34,185 nucleotides of DNA from an uncultured bacterium (GCA_963977945.1 CAXBQO010000001.1:1-34185), one strand, 5' to 3'; positions 8,533-20,858 are shown, counted from the first letter of the stretch. A program made the numbers and translations. Notes: generated from the sequence alone by a model not told the origin.

Positions 8533-11010
8533 TTATTCAACCTCGTCAACTAAGCGAGTAATTGAAACTACTGAAACACCATTTTCTAGGTTTACTAAAC
8601 GAACTCCTAATGTATCTCTTCCAGTTTCCCTGATTTCTGAAACTGCAGTTCTAATTACAGTGCCAGCAGATGTAATTGCTAACACTTCATCATTTGGTTG
8701 AACAATTAAAGCGCCCACTAATACTCCGCGAGAATCTTCATCAATTTTGGCAGCTTTTACTCCAATACCGCCGCGACCTTGTGTTCGGTATTCATCTAAT
8801 TGTGTTCGTTTAGCAAATCCGCCATCTGTTGCGGTGAATACATAATTTTTATTATTTTTTGAAATTGCTGACATCGATAATAATTCATCACCTTTACGAA
8901 ACTTCATGCCGATAACTCCAGTTGCCGACCTACCCATTGGTCTTAAAGTGGAATCATTTGCTGAAAATCTAAGTGACATTCCTTTTTTCGATACCAAAAG
9001 TAATTCATCTTTTTGATTAACTAATGAAGCGGAAACAACTTCATCATTAGGTTTTAAAGTAATTGCAATCAAACCACCAGTTCTGGCTGAGTCATATTCG
9101 ATTAATTCAGTCTTTTTGGTCAAACCAAATTTTGTTGCAAGTACTAAATACGGTTGTGCTTTGTAATCTTTAATTGCAATTACCTGGGCAATGTTTTCAT
9201 CTGGTTTAAAAGCTAAAAGATTTGCTACATGCTGACCGCGAGCATCTCTACCGGTATCTGGTAACTCATGGACTTTCGCCCGATACACCCGGCCTTTATT
9301 GGTAAAGAACAACAACCAGTTGTGGGTTGATGCGGTGAAAAAATGCTCGACCACATCATCTTGTTTTAACGCTGCGCCTTTTACACCTTTGCCACCACGT
9401 TTTTGGGCGCGATAGGCATCAACTTTTGTTCGTTTGCAGTAACCACCTTTAGTTATTGTGACCACCACATCTTGATCTGGAATTAAATCTTCGACAGATA
9501 AATCTGTGTCACCAGCGGTGATTTGAGTACGTCGTTCATTTCCATATTTGTTAGAAATTTCTGTGAGTTCAGATTTAATAATTTCACGTTGGCGTTTTGG
9601 ATTTTCTAAAATTTTATTTAGATCGACAATATCTTTCATTAAATCTTCATACTCATCATTAATTTTTTGGCGCTCGAGCGCAGCGATTCTGCGCAACTGC
9701 ATATCCAAAATAGCGTTCGCTTGAATCTCATCTACTTCTAGCAATTTCATTAAGCCGCTTCGGGCATCATCAGGGGTTTTACTGGCGCGAATTAAGGCAA
9801 TCACCGCATCTAAAGCATCTAATGCTTTTAAATAACCGCGCAAAATATGAGCCCGTTTTTCCCGCTCTTTTAAGCGGAATTGGCTGCGCTTGATAATGAC
9901 TTCAATTTGATGCTCGATGTAATAACGAATGAATTCATCAAGACGTAAAGTGCGCGGAACTCCGTCAACTAATGCCAACATATTTGCGCCGAAAGAATCT
10001 TGTAGTTGAGTGTGTTTATACAAATTATTAATTACAACTTTAGGAACCGCATCGTTTCTTAAAACAATTACTAATCTTTGGCCAAGACGCTCATTTCCTT
10101 CATCGCGAACATCTGCGATTCCCTTTATGCGGCCATCTTTAACTAGTTCGGCAATTTTTAGAGCTAAATTGTCTGGGTTAACTTGGTAGGGAAGTTCGGT
10201 AACAACTAAACAGGTGCGTTTATTAATTTCTTCTACTTCAATTACTGCGCGCATGATTATTGATCCGCGGCCAGTTTTGTACGCCTCTTCTATGCCGGTT
10301 CTTCCAACAATCAAAGCTTTTGTTGGAAAATCTGGGCCTTTTACAACTGTTAAAAGTTTTGCCAATAATTCTTCAGATTTCATCTCTGGGTTATCAAGCG
10401 CAAAACAAGTGGCTTCAATAATTTCGCTCAGATTATGTGGTGGAATATTTGTGGCCATACCCACTGCGATTCCAGCGGAACCATTCACTAATAAATTTGG
10501 AAATCTACTTGGTAAGACAGTTGGCTCTTGTGATCTACCGTCATAGTTAGAGATAAATTCAACGGTTTCTTCATCAATATCTCGCATCATTTCCATTGCT
10601 AGTGGAGCTAATCGAGCCTCGGTGTAACGCATCGCAGCTGCTGGATCGTTACCGGGAGATCCAAAATTTCCATTGCCATCAATTAATGGAAAACGTAGCG
10701 ACCAAAATTGCGCTAACCGAACTACGGCATCATAAATAGCGGTGTCACCGTGTGGATGGTAATTACCCATTACATCTCCAACGATGCGTGAGGATTTGTA
10801 ATAGCCCTTATCTGGGCGATAACCCGCGTCATACATTGAGTAAAGAACTCGACGGTGAACAGGTTTTAATCCGTCGCGAACATCTGGCAACGCTCTTCCG
10901 ACAATGACGCTCATTGCGTAGTCCAAATAACTACGCGCCATTTCTACTTGTAAATCAACACTTTCTTGTTTGTCGATTTTGTCAGTTTGATTGCTTTTAT
11001 TGGAATCCAT
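8533..11010 (-). CDS. gyrA: DNA gyrase subunit A
   Basis: 825-aa ORF with the active-site Tyr motif [26 protein letters not shown] and C-terminal beta-pinwheel repeats. It lies immediately downstream of gyrB. Confidence 0.98.
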   Translation of the reverse strand: MDSNKSNQTDKIDKQESVDLQVEMARSYLDYAMSVIVGRALPDVRDGLKPVHRRVLYSMYDAGYRPDKGYYKSSRIVGDVMGNYHPHGDTAIYDAVVRLAQFWSLRFPLIDGNGNFGSPGNDPAAAMRYTEARLAPLAMEMMRDIDEETVEFISNYDGRSQEPTVLPSRFPNLLVNGSAGIAVGMATNIPPHNLSEIIEATCFALDNPEMKSEELLAKLLTVVKGPDFPTKALIVGRTGIEEAYKTGRGSIIMRAVIEVEEINKRTCLVVTELPYQVNPDNLALKIAELVKDGRIKGIADVRDEGNERLGQRLVIVLRNDAVPKVVINNLYKHTQLQDSFGANMLALVDGVPRTLRLDEFIRYYIEHQIEVIIKRSQFRLKEREKRAHILRGYLKALDALDAVIALIRASKTPDDARSGLMKLLEVDEIQANAILDMQLRRIAALERQKINDEYEDLMKDIVDLNKILENPKRQREIIKSELTEISNKYGNERRTQITAGDTDLSVEDLIPDQDVVVTITKGGYCKRTKVDAYRAQKRGGKGVKGAALKQDDVVEHFFTASTHNWLLFFTNKGRVYRAKVHELPDTGRDARGQHVANLLAFKPDENIAQVIAIKDYKAQPYLVLATKFGLTKKTELIEYDSARTGGLIAITLKPNDEVVSASLVNQKDELLLVSKKGMSLRFSANDSTLRPMGRSATGVIGMKFRKGDELLSMSAISKNNKNYVFTATDGGFAKRTQLDEYRTQGRGGIGVKAAKIDEDSRGVLVGALIVQPNDEVLAITSAGTVIRTAVSEIRETGRDTLGVRLVNLENGVSVVSITRLVDEVE

Positions 11011-11019
11011 AATTTATTT

Positions 11020-13053
<2,034 letters not shown>

Positions 13054-13111
13054 TTATTTGTGGTTTAAAGGTGCTTTAGCCCGTTTTTCACAACGAAGTT
13101 GTGGGTCGGTA

Positions 13112-13564
13112 TTACCCGTAAGTGTCTCTGGGGCCGCGAGCGCCCTTTATGGACCGAAGACCTTTGCGCCATTTTGGTGCGTTTGGTCCTAGAAAAATCA
13201 GCTCTTCAATCAATGCTCCTGGTGCGCTATTTCTAATAGTTGTTAATAATTCTTGTTGCATTAACCGCATTTGATTAGCCCAAGCTGTTGAAGAACACTT
13301 AATCATTAATTTTCCATCAACTGTTGAAATTGGAAGTGTGTGGCTAGCAATTTCTAGGCCCACAATTTTTTCCCAATCTGAGAATAAATTTCCTTCTGCT
13401 ACACCTTGATTCCAATTTCGATCTGAAACTATTTGGTTAATTAATTCAGATATTGGAGCTGGATCACTATTAGCTCTTTCAGTCTCTTCTTTAACTAAAT
13501 TTGGGCGCCAAATTTTTGCAGATTTGAAACTTTTAAATAGTTCGCGGGCTAAGTCATACTTCAT
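13112..13564 (-). CDS. DUF721-domain protein (Rv0004-like, conserved between recF and gyrB)
   Basis: 150-aa ORF in the conserved actinobacterial recF-gyrB position. It overlaps the recF 3' end by 11 nt. The family assignment rests on position and size, not on a motif I can verify by eye. Confidence 0.7.
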   Translation of the reverse strand: MKYDLARELFKSFKSAKIWRPNLVKEETERANSDPAPISELINQIVSDRNWNQGVAEGNLFSDWEKIVGLEIASHTLPISTVDGKLMIKCSSTAWANQMRLMQQELLTTIRNSAPGALIEELIFLGPNAPKWRKGLRSIKGARGPRDTYG

Positions 13565-14648
13565 AAGAGCTCACAAATCCGGTTCTAACGTAATATTTCT
13601 TTCCAGATATTGATTTGGGAATATCGTTTTCAACTGCACATGTAATTAAAGTTTGCTCAACATCTTCCATAATTTTTAGTAAGTGATCTCTACGCTCATC
13701 ATCAAGTTCGGCAAATACATCATCCAAAATCAAAATAGGGCTTGCTCCGGATTTTTTTATATTTTGAAACAATGACAATTTTAAAGCAAGTGCTATCGAC
13801 CAAGACTCTCCGTGACTTGCATAAGTTTTAACTGGTTGGTCTTCAAGTTTTAAAAGTAGATCATCACGGTGTGGTCCAAACAAAGTAAAACCCCGCTCGA
13901 TTTCTTGTTGGTACGAATTGGAAAGAGCGGTTAATAACTGCTCGGTATTTGCCTCTGTGTTTGTGGTTGGTTCAGAAATGCTTGATTTATAAGCTAATTT
14001 TGCAGAACTGCTTCCAGAAATGTCTTGGTAAGTATCAACAAAAAAGGGTTGTATTTCGTTAATCAGACTTATCCGGGTAGTAATTAATGCGCCGCCAATT
14101 TTTGAGAGTTGTTCATTCCATGGTTGTAATGATTCGCGATTGGCTCTACTTTTAATAAGTTTATTTCGTTGTTTTACTGCCTTTTCATAATCTGAAGTTA
14201 GTGCAGCAATTTTGGGGGATTTTAAAATTGCAAATTCATCTAAAAATCTTCTTCGAAGGGAAGAATCTCCACGAACTAAATCTAAATCTTCAGGTGAAAA
14301 ATAAATTGACTGCAACAACCCAAATAACTCTTTTTGAGATTTAACTGGGTTTTGATTAACGGTTGCTTTATTAGGTTTTTGAGCATTTAGTTCCAAAACT
14401 ATTTCTAGTTCTCGGTTCGGGTATGAAACTTTGCTACGGATATAAGCTGTTTCTTGCCCAAGTTTTATTAATGGTTGCACATTTGCTACTCGGTGGGAAT
14501 TTAAAAAAGTCAAATAAATTATGGCTTCTACAATATTTGTTTTACCTTCACCATTTTTACCAACAAATATATTTATGCCGGGGGTTATTTCTAGATCAAG
14601 TTTTTCATATGATCTAAAGTTTGTAAGATGTAAATTTTTTAAATACAA
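13554..14648 (-). CDS. recF: DNA replication/repair protein RecF
   Basis: 364-aa ORF with Walker A GKNGEGKTN near the N-terminus, an SMC-like signature region and Walker B ILILDDVFAELD. Confidence 0.95.
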   Translation of the reverse strand: MYLKNLHLTNFRSYEKLDLEITPGINIFVGKNGEGKTNIVEAIIYLTFLNSHRVANVQPLIKLGQETAYIRSKVSYPNRELEIVLELNAQKPNKATVNQNPVKSQKELFGLLQSIYFSPEDLDLVRGDSSLRRRFLDEFAILKSPKIAALTSDYEKAVKQRNKLIKSRANRESLQPWNEQLSKIGGALITTRISLINEIQPFFVDTYQDISGSSSAKLAYKSSISEPTTNTEANTEQLLTALSNSYQQEIERGFTLFGPHRDDLLLKLEDQPVKTYASHGESWSIALALKLSLFQNIKKSGASPILILDDVFAELDDERRDHLLKIMEDVEQTLITCAVENDIPKSISGKKYYVRTGFVSSYEV

Positions 14649-14663
14649 ATTTGTAAAATAATA

Positions 14664-15791
14664 TTAAGCCGAATAACGCATCGGCATCAAAAGATATTTA
14701 TAGTTTTCAGTTGAAGTAGTGTCTGGTTTTTCAATACCAGTTAAAATCGCTGGTTTGTTGGCACCAGTAAACCCGATGTGAGCAAATTTGGTACCAAGTG
14801 CGTTTAATCCATCTGTTAGGTATGTTGGGTTAAATGCAATGTTTATCGCTTCACCTTTGTAGTTAATATCAATTGACTCGCTTGCTTGAGCTTCATCCCC
14901 AGTACCTGCTTCTAATTGAATGGAATTATTTGTGAAATTCAATCTCAATGGCACAGTTTTGTCGGTCACGAGTGCCACACGGCGAACCGCCTCTAAAAAT
15001 ACTGAAATTTCAACTGTGGCTTCGGCAGTAAATGTGTTTGGAAGTAGGTGTTGAAATGGTGGAAATGATCCATCTAAAACCCTAGAAATTAATGTTTTTT
15101 TAGGAAGTGTAAAACCAATTAATTTTTCATTACTGGTTTCTTCATTTAAAGCAATTGTTAACTCGTCACCAACCTCTAAAAATTTAGCGGCTTCCGAAAG
15201 TGTTCGTGCTCTCAACAGTGTGTGTGTTTTAAAATTTGAATCTTTTGATTTCCAAGCAAGTTTTTTTACAGCGAGTCGGTAACGGTCGGTTGCAGCCAAA
15301 GTGATTTGGTTGTTTTCAATTTCAATAAACACACCTGTGAGTGTTGGTAAAGAGTCATCTTTGCCAGCAGCAATTGCCACTTGATTAATTGCTTTTGCAA
15401 AAACATTGCTTGGAATATTTCCGGTGCTGTTTGGAATTGATGGCAGGTTTGGATATTCATTTAAAGGCAAAATAGGTAAAGTAAATTTTGATTTTCCAGA
15501 AACAACATTTACTCGAGTGCCATCTAAAGTAAAACTTATTGGTTTGTTAGGTAACGACCTAGATATCTCAGCTAGTAAGCGCCCTGGTACTAAAACTTTT
15601 CCGGGCTGACTAATTACCCCAGTGATTTCTGTTTTAGAAGAACTTTCTAAATCTGAAGCGGTAAAAGTTAAATTTTTATCAGCTTCGATAATAATTCCAA
15701 GAAGAGCGGTTGAAATTGGGCGGTTGGACAAAGATCTTGAAACCCAATTAACAGCATCGACCAATAAGTCGCGCTCTACTTCAAACTTCAT
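14664..15791 (-). CDS. dnaN: DNA polymerase III beta sliding clamp
   Basis: 375-aa ORF of three-domain clamp length, with the conserved C-terminal LLMPMR motif. It sits directly downstream of dnaA/oriC. Confidence 0.97.
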   Translation of the reverse strand: MKFEVERDLLVDAVNWVSRSLSNRPISTALLGIIIEADKNLTFTASDLESSSKTEITGVISQPGKVLVPGRLLAEISRSLPNKPISFTLDGTRVNVVSGKSKFTLPILPLNEYPNLPSIPNSTGNIPSNVFAKAINQVAIAAGKDDSLPTLTGVFIEIENNQITLAATDRYRLAVKKLAWKSKDSNFKTHTLLRARTLSEAAKFLEVGDELTIALNEETSNEKLIGFTLPKKTLISRVLDGSFPPFQHLLPNTFTAEATVEISVFLEAVRRVALVTDKTVPLRLNFTNNSIQLEAGTGDEAQASESIDINYKGEAINIAFNPTYLTDGLNALGTKFAHIGFTGANKPAILTGIEKPDTTSTENYKYLLMPMRYSA

Positions 15792-16103
15792 AAATCCTCT
15801 TCTTCCCCACAGGTCATTTTTTAAACTTAATTAATATCTATAAGAGTAGTAGTAATAACCAAACCAGAAACCTGTTAATTACTGACAAAACACCAGGTCA
15901 GAAGGGAAAAATTAAACCGTTAACCTGTTTATAGATTGTGGGTAAACAAAAAGGAAAGTTTTCCAAAAACCACCTTTTTAGTTTTCCACACTTTATCCAC
16001 ACCCTGTGGCCTATTTTTGTGGGTAATAGTTTGGGCGTAAATACTTTTATACATTCAATATTTAGTTTTTAAAATTGTTAATTACTTAATTAATCGCCCC
16101 GGA
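15792..16103. other. oriC: Candidate chromosomal replication origin (oriC) in the dnaA-dnaN spacer
   Basis: 312-bp non-coding spacer. DnaA-box 9-mers: TTATCCACA 15993-16001 (perfect) and TTTTCCACA 15982-15990. TTACCCACA occurs on the minus strand at 15937-15945 and 16018-16026. Weaker boxes are TAGGCCACA (minus) at 16005-16013 and TTCCCCACA at 15803-15811. AT-rich tracts lie at both ends (15812-15860 and 16035-16095). Confidence 0.8.
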
Positions 16104-17513
16104 TTAGTTTTTAGATTGTTGTTTTATCCGGTTGGTTAACTCTGTAACTTGATTGTAAATAGAGCGACGTTCTGCCATCAACTGTCTAATTTTACGATCA
16201 GCATGCATAACGGTTGTATGGTCACGATCTCCAAAAATCGAACCAATTTTCGGAAGTGATAAATCTGTTAACTCACGACACAAATACATTGCGATTTGTC
16301 TTGCGTTTACTAAAACCCTAGATCTAGATGTTCCACACAAATCGTCAATGGTTAAACTAAAGTAAGCGGCAGTCATAGCCATAATTGTTGCTTCAGTTAT
16401 TTCTGGGCCGCCATCTTCAGGAATTAAATCTTTTAAAACAATTTCAGCTAAACCTAATTCGACTGGTTGTTTATTCAAAGAAGCGAAAGCAGTAACTCGA
16501 ATTAACGCACCTTCTAATTCCCGTATATTGCTGGAAATTTTACTTGCGATAAATTCTAAAACTTCATCTGGAGCATTTAATTTATCTTGAGCTGCTTTCT
16601 TTCTTAAAATTGCGATACGGGTTTCAAGTTCTGGTGGTTGAATATCTGTAATCAAACCCCACTCAAACCTAGAGCGAAGGCGATCTTCGAGCGTAGTTAA
16701 CTGTTTTGGTGGTCTGTCACTAGAAATTACTATCTGTTTGTTCGAGTTATAAAGAGTGTTGAAAGTATGGAAGAACTCTTCTTGGGTTCGCTCTTTGTTC
16801 TCTAAAAATTGAATGTCATCAACTAACAAAATATCTAAATCACGATAACGTTTTTGAAACACTGAAGCTTTATCGTCGCGGATGGAGTTAATAAAATCAT
16901 TTGTGAACTCTTCTGAGGAGACATATCTAACTCGGACATTTTTATAGAGTTCTTTTGCATAAGCACCGATTGCGTGCAATAAATGTGTCTTTCCAAGTCC
17001 AGATTCACCATAAATAAAGAGTGGGTTATAAGCCTTCGCTGGGGCTTCAGCTACTGCGACAGCGGCGGCATGAGCAAAACGGTTTGAGGCTCCGATAACA
17101 AAACTTTCAAAAATATACCTAGGGTTTAATTGGCCAATTTCAGAACTTTTATTATTTGTCGCAACTTCAACTGCAGTGGATTTTGTTAGAACCACATCTT
17201 CATCTAAAACTGATTCATCATTTTGATTTTGTGGTTTGGTATCCCCACTAACTTTCACAGCGATATTTACTTTTTCCCCTAATTGCGTGGTAAGTGCTTC
17301 TACCACCACATTACGAAGCCGGGTTTCAAGAACTCCTTTTGTGAATAGATCTGGGGCAGAAAGTAAGAGGTTGGCCTCTTCTTCCCCTTGGCTAGGTAGT
17401 AGTCCGAGGGGTTTGGTTCGAGATAAAAAAGCGTTGTGTTGCGGGGAGCTGATTTGAGAGACAACCTCATCCCAAAGCTTTTGGACATCGATTACCGCAG
17501 ATTTTTGGGCCAC
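16104..17513 (-). CDS. dnaA: Chromosomal replication initiator protein DnaA
   Basis: AAA+ Walker [16 protein letters not shown], Walker B LLVDDIQF and the C-terminal DNA-binding motif DHTTVMHA. The ORF is open to TTG 17543, but GTG 17513 is preceded by GGAAGGAG with a 4-nt spacer. That start gives a typical N-terminus ([17 protein letters not shown]...), so I prefer it. Confidence 0.95.
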   Translation of the reverse strand: MAQKSAVIDVQKLWDEVVSQISSPQHNAFLSRTKPLGLLPSQGEEEANLLLSAPDLFTKGVLETRLRNVVVEALTTQLGEKVNIAVKVSGDTKPQNQNDESVLDEDVVLTKSTAVEVATNNKSSEIGQLNPRYIFESFVIGASNRFAHAAAVAVAEAPAKAYNPLFIYGESGLGKTHLLHAIGAYAKELYKNVRVRYVSSEEFTNDFINSIRDDKASVFQKRYRDLDILLVDDIQFLENKERTQEEFFHTFNTLYNSNKQIVISSDRPPKQLTTLEDRLRSRFEWGLITDIQPPELETRIAILRKKAAQDKLNAPDEVLEFIASKISSNIRELEGALIRVTAFASLNKQPVELGLAEIVLKDLIPEDGGPEITEATIMAMTAAYFSLTIDDLCGTSRSRVLVNARQIAMYLCRELTDLSLPKIGSIFGDRDHTTVMHADRKIRQLMAERRSIYNQVTELTNRIKQQSKN

Positions 17514-17560
17514 ACCGCTCCTTCCCAGGCGAAAAACCACCAAATAAACAATTCACAAAG

Positions 17561-17713
17561 TTATCCACAGGCTGTGATATCAGAGAGTTAAATTCTGGTT
17601 CTAACCCGGGGGAGTTGTGGATAGGGGGCGAACTTAAGGGTAAAAATTCAAAAACGCAACCGGTTTTCCACACCTAAAAATCAAGATTTATGGTTTGACC
17701 CGCTTTATCCCCA
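17561..17713. promoter_or_regulatory. DnaA-box cluster in the dnaA-rpmH divergent intergenic region (dnaA promoter/autoregulation or second oriC module)
   Basis: TTATCCACA 17561-17569 (perfect), CTATCCACA on the minus strand at 17616-17624, TTTTCCACA 17664-17672 and TTATCCCCA 17705-17713. Confidence 0.7.
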
Positions 17714-17873
17714 ACCTTTAACCTTACGCACCCTCGGTTCAATTGTGGTCGAACGGAAAGCTCGGAACACCTCATTGGAACCAGTGCAAAACATCTGTGG
17801 CCTTAGCCAGGCAGAGGCTAAGAGAAAAATAAAGAAATCTAGAGCGAAATTTAACGAGAATTAAGAGAGAGAA

Positions 17874-18008
17874 ATGAAGCGCACCTACCAGCCAAACAAT
17901 CGTAAAAGGGCAAAAAAACACGGTTTTCGTAAACGCATGTCAACTAAGGGCGGTCGAGGAGTTCTGGCATCTCGCCGCGCTAAAGGGCGCGCGAAAATCT
18001 CTGCCTAA
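17874..18008 (+). CDS. rpmH: 50S ribosomal protein L34
   Basis: Hand translation gives [44 protein letters not shown] (44 aa), the canonical L34 sequence. A purine-rich GAGAGAGA precedes the ATG. It is too short for the ORF track. Confidence 0.97.
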   Translation: MKRTYQPNNRKRAKKHGFRKRMSTKGGRGVLASRRAKGRAKISA

Positions 18009-18014
18009 TTAACT

Positions 18015-18368
18015 GTGCTACCCGAAGTTAATCGGCTTCGTTCCAGCACTATTTTTAGCGCTGTAACAAAATCTGGCCAAAAAGTATCTACCCAAAATTT
18101 AGTTATGTATGGGGTAAATAATTTTGATCATAAATCTCAAAAATCTTACCCAGTGCAGTTTGGCTTAATCATTAATAGATCAGTCGGTGGCGCCGTGAAA
18201 AGACACAAAGTTGCGCGATTAATCAGACATGATTTATTTAATTATCTAGGCAGTTTTAAACCCAACACTGTTGTTGTGGTGAGGGTATTAAAACAATCTG
18301 AAAGTTATAGCAAAGACATATCAGAATTAATTTCTAAATTATTAAGTAAGTTTATGGTGAGCGCTTGA
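18015..18368 (+). CDS. rnpA: Ribonuclease P protein component
   Basis: 117-aa basic ORF 6 nt after rpmH, with an RNR-like motif region (SVGGAVKRHKVARLIRH). GTG start. Confidence 0.9.
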   Translation: MLPEVNRLRSSTIFSAVTKSGQKVSTQNLVMYGVNNFDHKSQKSYPVQFGLIINRSVGGAVKRHKVARLIRHDLFNYLGSFKPNTVVVVRVLKQSESYSKDISELISKLLSKFMVSA

Positions 18369-18655
18369 ACAAAATAATTTCTAATCTCATTGTTAGTTTG
18401 ATAAAAACTTACCGAAGAATAATTTCACCACTTTTTGGCCCAACAATTTTTGGGCAACGTTGTAAATATTTTCCTTCGTGTAGCGAATATGCTCAATTAG
18501 CAGTTGAGAACAATGGAATTAAAGGCGTGGCATTGGCGATAACAAGGTTATTTAGATGTAACCCGTGGTCAAACGGGGGCGTGGACTATCCACCAAATTA
18601 CCAAGGTAAAACCGGTAAAACTATGAAAAAACTAGCGAAAACAGGGGCTTTTTAA
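18365..18655 (+). CDS. yidD: Membrane protein insertion efficiency factor YidD
   Basis: Conserved YidD core ISPLFGP...CKYFPSCSEYA. The TTG start overlaps the rnpA stop (TTGA). Confidence 0.9.
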   Translation: MNKIISNLIVSLIKTYRRIISPLFGPTIFGQRCKYFPSCSEYAQLAVENNGIKGVALAITRLFRCNPWSNGGVDYPPNYQGKTGKTMKKLAKTGAF

Positions 18656-19575
18656 TGGGTTCAATACTAGATCCGCTTTATGCAGTTGTTTCATGGTTAA
18701 TGGTGACATTCCATGACTTACTTTCATTTACCAACAATGAGAACCTGCAATGGTCGGTAGCAATTATTGGTTTAGTGATTGTCATAAGAATCATTCTTAT
18801 TCCGCTTTTCGTTAAACAAATTAAAAGCCAGCGTGCTTTAACTGCATTACAACCAAAAATGAAAGAGATTCAAAAACGTTATAAAGATGATCGACAAAAA
18901 CAATCAGAAGAGTTGATGAAGCTCTACCGCCAACACAAAACCAACCCATTCGCTAGCTGCTTACCAATACTTGCTCAATCCCCTATATTTCTAGCCCTTT
19001 TCCAGGTATTAAATGGCATTGGTGCCAACCGTCCGCATGGATTTTTAAAAGATGCATATTTGACTTCAGCACAACAAGCAGATTTTTTTGGCGCACCGCT
19101 CTCTGGAACTTTTTTAGGAAGTCAAACCGGTGGCACAAAATTAGTGGCAATTTGTTTGATTGTTTTTATGTCGCTAACAACTTTCACAACACAACGTCAA
19201 TTAATGGTCAAAGGTATGCCAAAAATGGATACCACCAACAACATGATGTTGCAGCAACAAAAAATTATGATGTATTTGTTCCCAATAATTTTTGCAGTCA
19301 CTGGCGTTAATTTCCCAATCGGAGTTTTGATTTATTGGTCAACTACAAATCTATGGACTTGGGGTCAGCAGTATTACGTGATTAAGAGAAATCCAACACC
19401 TGGTTCACCAGCTTATGAAGAGTTACAAAGAAAACGCGCACAAAAAGGTCAAGTAACAAATCAAGATGATTCAAATAGCACTACCGAAAATGGATCTATC
19501 GCAACCGATCCAAATCAAAATGAAAGAAACAGCGGGCAGAGATTTCAACCAAAAAGAAGAAAAAAGAAAAAGTAA
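18655..19575 (+). CDS. yidC: Membrane protein insertase YidC (short, Gram-positive/actinobacterial type)
   Basis: 306-aa polytopic ORF with the YidC/Oxa1 core (PLFVKQIKSQRALTALQPKMKEIQKRY) and a polybasic C-terminal tail (KRRKKKK). The start overlaps the yidD stop (TAATG). Confidence 0.93.
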   Translation: MGSILDPLYAVVSWLMVTFHDLLSFTNNENLQWSVAIIGLVIVIRIILIPLFVKQIKSQRALTALQPKMKEIQKRYKDDRQKQSEELMKLYRQHKTNPFASCLPILAQSPIFLALFQVLNGIGANRPHGFLKDAYLTSAQQADFFGAPLSGTFLGSQTGGTKLVAICLIVFMSLTTFTTQRQLMVKGMPKMDTTNNMMLQQQKIMMYLFPIIFAVTGVNFPIGVLIYWSTTNLWTWGQQYYVIKRNPTPGSPAYEELQRKRAQKGQVTNQDDSNSTTENGSIATDPNQNERNSGQRFQPKRRKKKK

Positions 19576-19616
19576 AAATCAAAAACTAAGCATATTTTTT
19601 AAACCAAGGAGGAGAT

Positions 19617-20186
19617 ATGAATAACGAAAGCCAAACAGATGCTTTGGATACAGTTGAAGCGGGCGAAGAAGAGGTTGAAGTTAAAGAGAAAACCCCTAGA
19701 GACCCAAAGGACCTGTTAAAACAACTTGAAGAAGAGGGTGACATCGCAGCTGACTATCTTGAAGGCTTGTTAGATATCGCCGATCTAGATGGCGACATCG
19801 ACATTGATGTTGAAAACGATCGTGCATCCCTTGCGATTATGAGTCCATCAGATTCATCTGGCGGGCTAAATCATTTAGTCGGAGAGCGCGGACAGGTTTT
19901 AGATTCACTCCAAGAGTTAACACGGCTGGCAGTACAAACATCTCTCGGAACCAGAAGTCGGTTGATGCTAGATATTGAAAACTTTCGTGGTGGCAAAAAA
20001 GATAAATTAACCAAACTTGCTAAAGAGGTGGCAGAAGAGGTTAAAAGCAAAGGCGAGGCTGTGAAATTAGAACCAATGAACGCCTTTGAAAGAAAAGTGA
20101 TCCACGACACAATTCAATCACTTGGGCTTACAAGTGAATCAGAGGGGGAAGAGCCAGACCGTTGCGTGGTGGTACTTCCTCAATAA
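19617..20186 (+). CDS. jag: Jag/KhpB-like RNA-binding protein (KH + R3H domains)
   Basis: 189-aa ORF with an acidic N-terminus and a C-terminal R3H motif (ERKVIHDTI). Conserved position after yidC. AAGGAGG RBS. Confidence 0.85.
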   Translation: MNNESQTDALDTVEAGEEEVEVKEKTPRDPKDLLKQLEEEGDIAADYLEGLLDIADLDGDIDIDVENDRASLAIMSPSDSSGGLNHLVGERGQVLDSLQELTRLAVQTSLGTRSRLMLDIENFRGGKKDKLTKLAKEVAEEVKSKGEAVKLEPMNAFERKVIHDTIQSLGLTSESEGEEPDRCVVVLPQ

Positions 20187-20201
20187 GTTTCACGTGAAAC
20201 C
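20186..20201. promoter_or_regulatory. parS: parS centromere-like site (ParB binding)
   Basis: aGTTTCACGTGAAACc: the perfect 14-bp palindrome GTTTCACGTGAAAC (20187-20200) matches the universal parS core tGTTtCACGTGAAACa. Confidence 0.9.
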
Positions 20202-20832
20202 ACCTTCCCTGGAGCAAAAAACTCGAAAAATTTCTCTTACCCAACTGGCTGTTGATGACCCCAAACTTGTTCAGTTTGAGTCGTTTTTAAAAACCGAAGG
20301 GATAACTCGGGGCCTTCTTGGGCCAAAAGAGGCAGATCGAATCAGGGAGCGGCACATTCTTAACTGCCTACCATTGACCACTTTTTTTGAGCCGGGGTCA
20401 AAGTTGAAGGTTGCCGACCTAGGTTCGGGGGCAGGACTACCCGGAGTGGTGATCGCAATTGCCAACCCAACCTTGGACCTAACCCTGATTGAACCGCTCG
20501 CCCGCAGAGCTCAGTTTTTAAGTGAGGTGGTTTCAGCGCTTGGGTTGGGTATCAAAATAGAGGCTAAAAACTCAAAGCTGGTAACCAAGAAATTTGATGT
20601 AGTGATGGCTAGAGCGGTGGCGCCAATTGATAAATTGTTAGAACTTGCCCGCCCGCTTTTAAACCCCAACGGACGAGTCCTAGCTTTGGTTGGCCAGAAC
20701 ATCCATTCACAGTTTTCTGCCTCAACCTCAAACATTTTTGGAAAATTTGATTTAACCCTGCATCAACTAGAACTTGGGGAGGCAAGTGTTTTAGTTATCG
20801 AAGCCAAACTTAAGCGTGGTGACGCGGCCTAG
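20194..20832 (+). CDS. rsmG: 16S rRNA (guanine527-N7)-methyltransferase RsmG (GidB)
   Basis: SAM-binding motif VADLGSGAGLPG and the conserved ERHILNC region. The ORF is open from ATG 20122, but that start would overlap jag by 65 nt. The in-frame GTG 20194 lies just after the jag stop and is the central GTG of the parS palindrome. The start is uncertain. Confidence 0.88.
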   Translation: MKPPSLEQKTRKISLTQLAVDDPKLVQFESFLKTEGITRGLLGPKEADRIRERHILNCLPLTTFFEPGSKLKVADLGSGAGLPGVVIAIANPTLDLTLIEPLARRAQFLSEVVSALGLGIKIEAKNSKLVTKKFDVVMARAVAPIDKLLELARPLLNPNGRVLALVGQNIHSQFSASTSNIFGKFDLTLHQLELGEASVLVIEAKLKRGDAA

Positions 20833-20858
20833 TCGGGGCTTTTTGCTTAACTTCCCCT

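Noticed and set aside
10740-10790. gyrA quinolone-resistance-determining region ([11 protein letters not shown]) checked for resistance substitutions
   Set aside because: Thr at the E. coli Ser83-equivalent position and Asp at the Asp87-equivalent position are wild-type states in many susceptible bacteria, so there is no indication of acquired resistance.
17467-17673. 68-aa minus-strand ORF spanning the DnaA-box cluster and running into dnaA
   Set aside because: It overlaps the dnaA 5' end out of frame and covers a region better explained as DnaA boxes and promoter. The composition is Cys/Pro/Gly-rich and non-protein-like.
17802-17822. Hairpin CTTAGCC-aggcaga-GGCTAAG upstream of rpmH, considered as a terminator or leader structure
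   Set aside because: It is followed by an A-rich rather than U-rich tract on the plus strand, and no upstream gene on either strand needs termination here. A 7-bp stem alone is weak evidence for a regulatory RNA.
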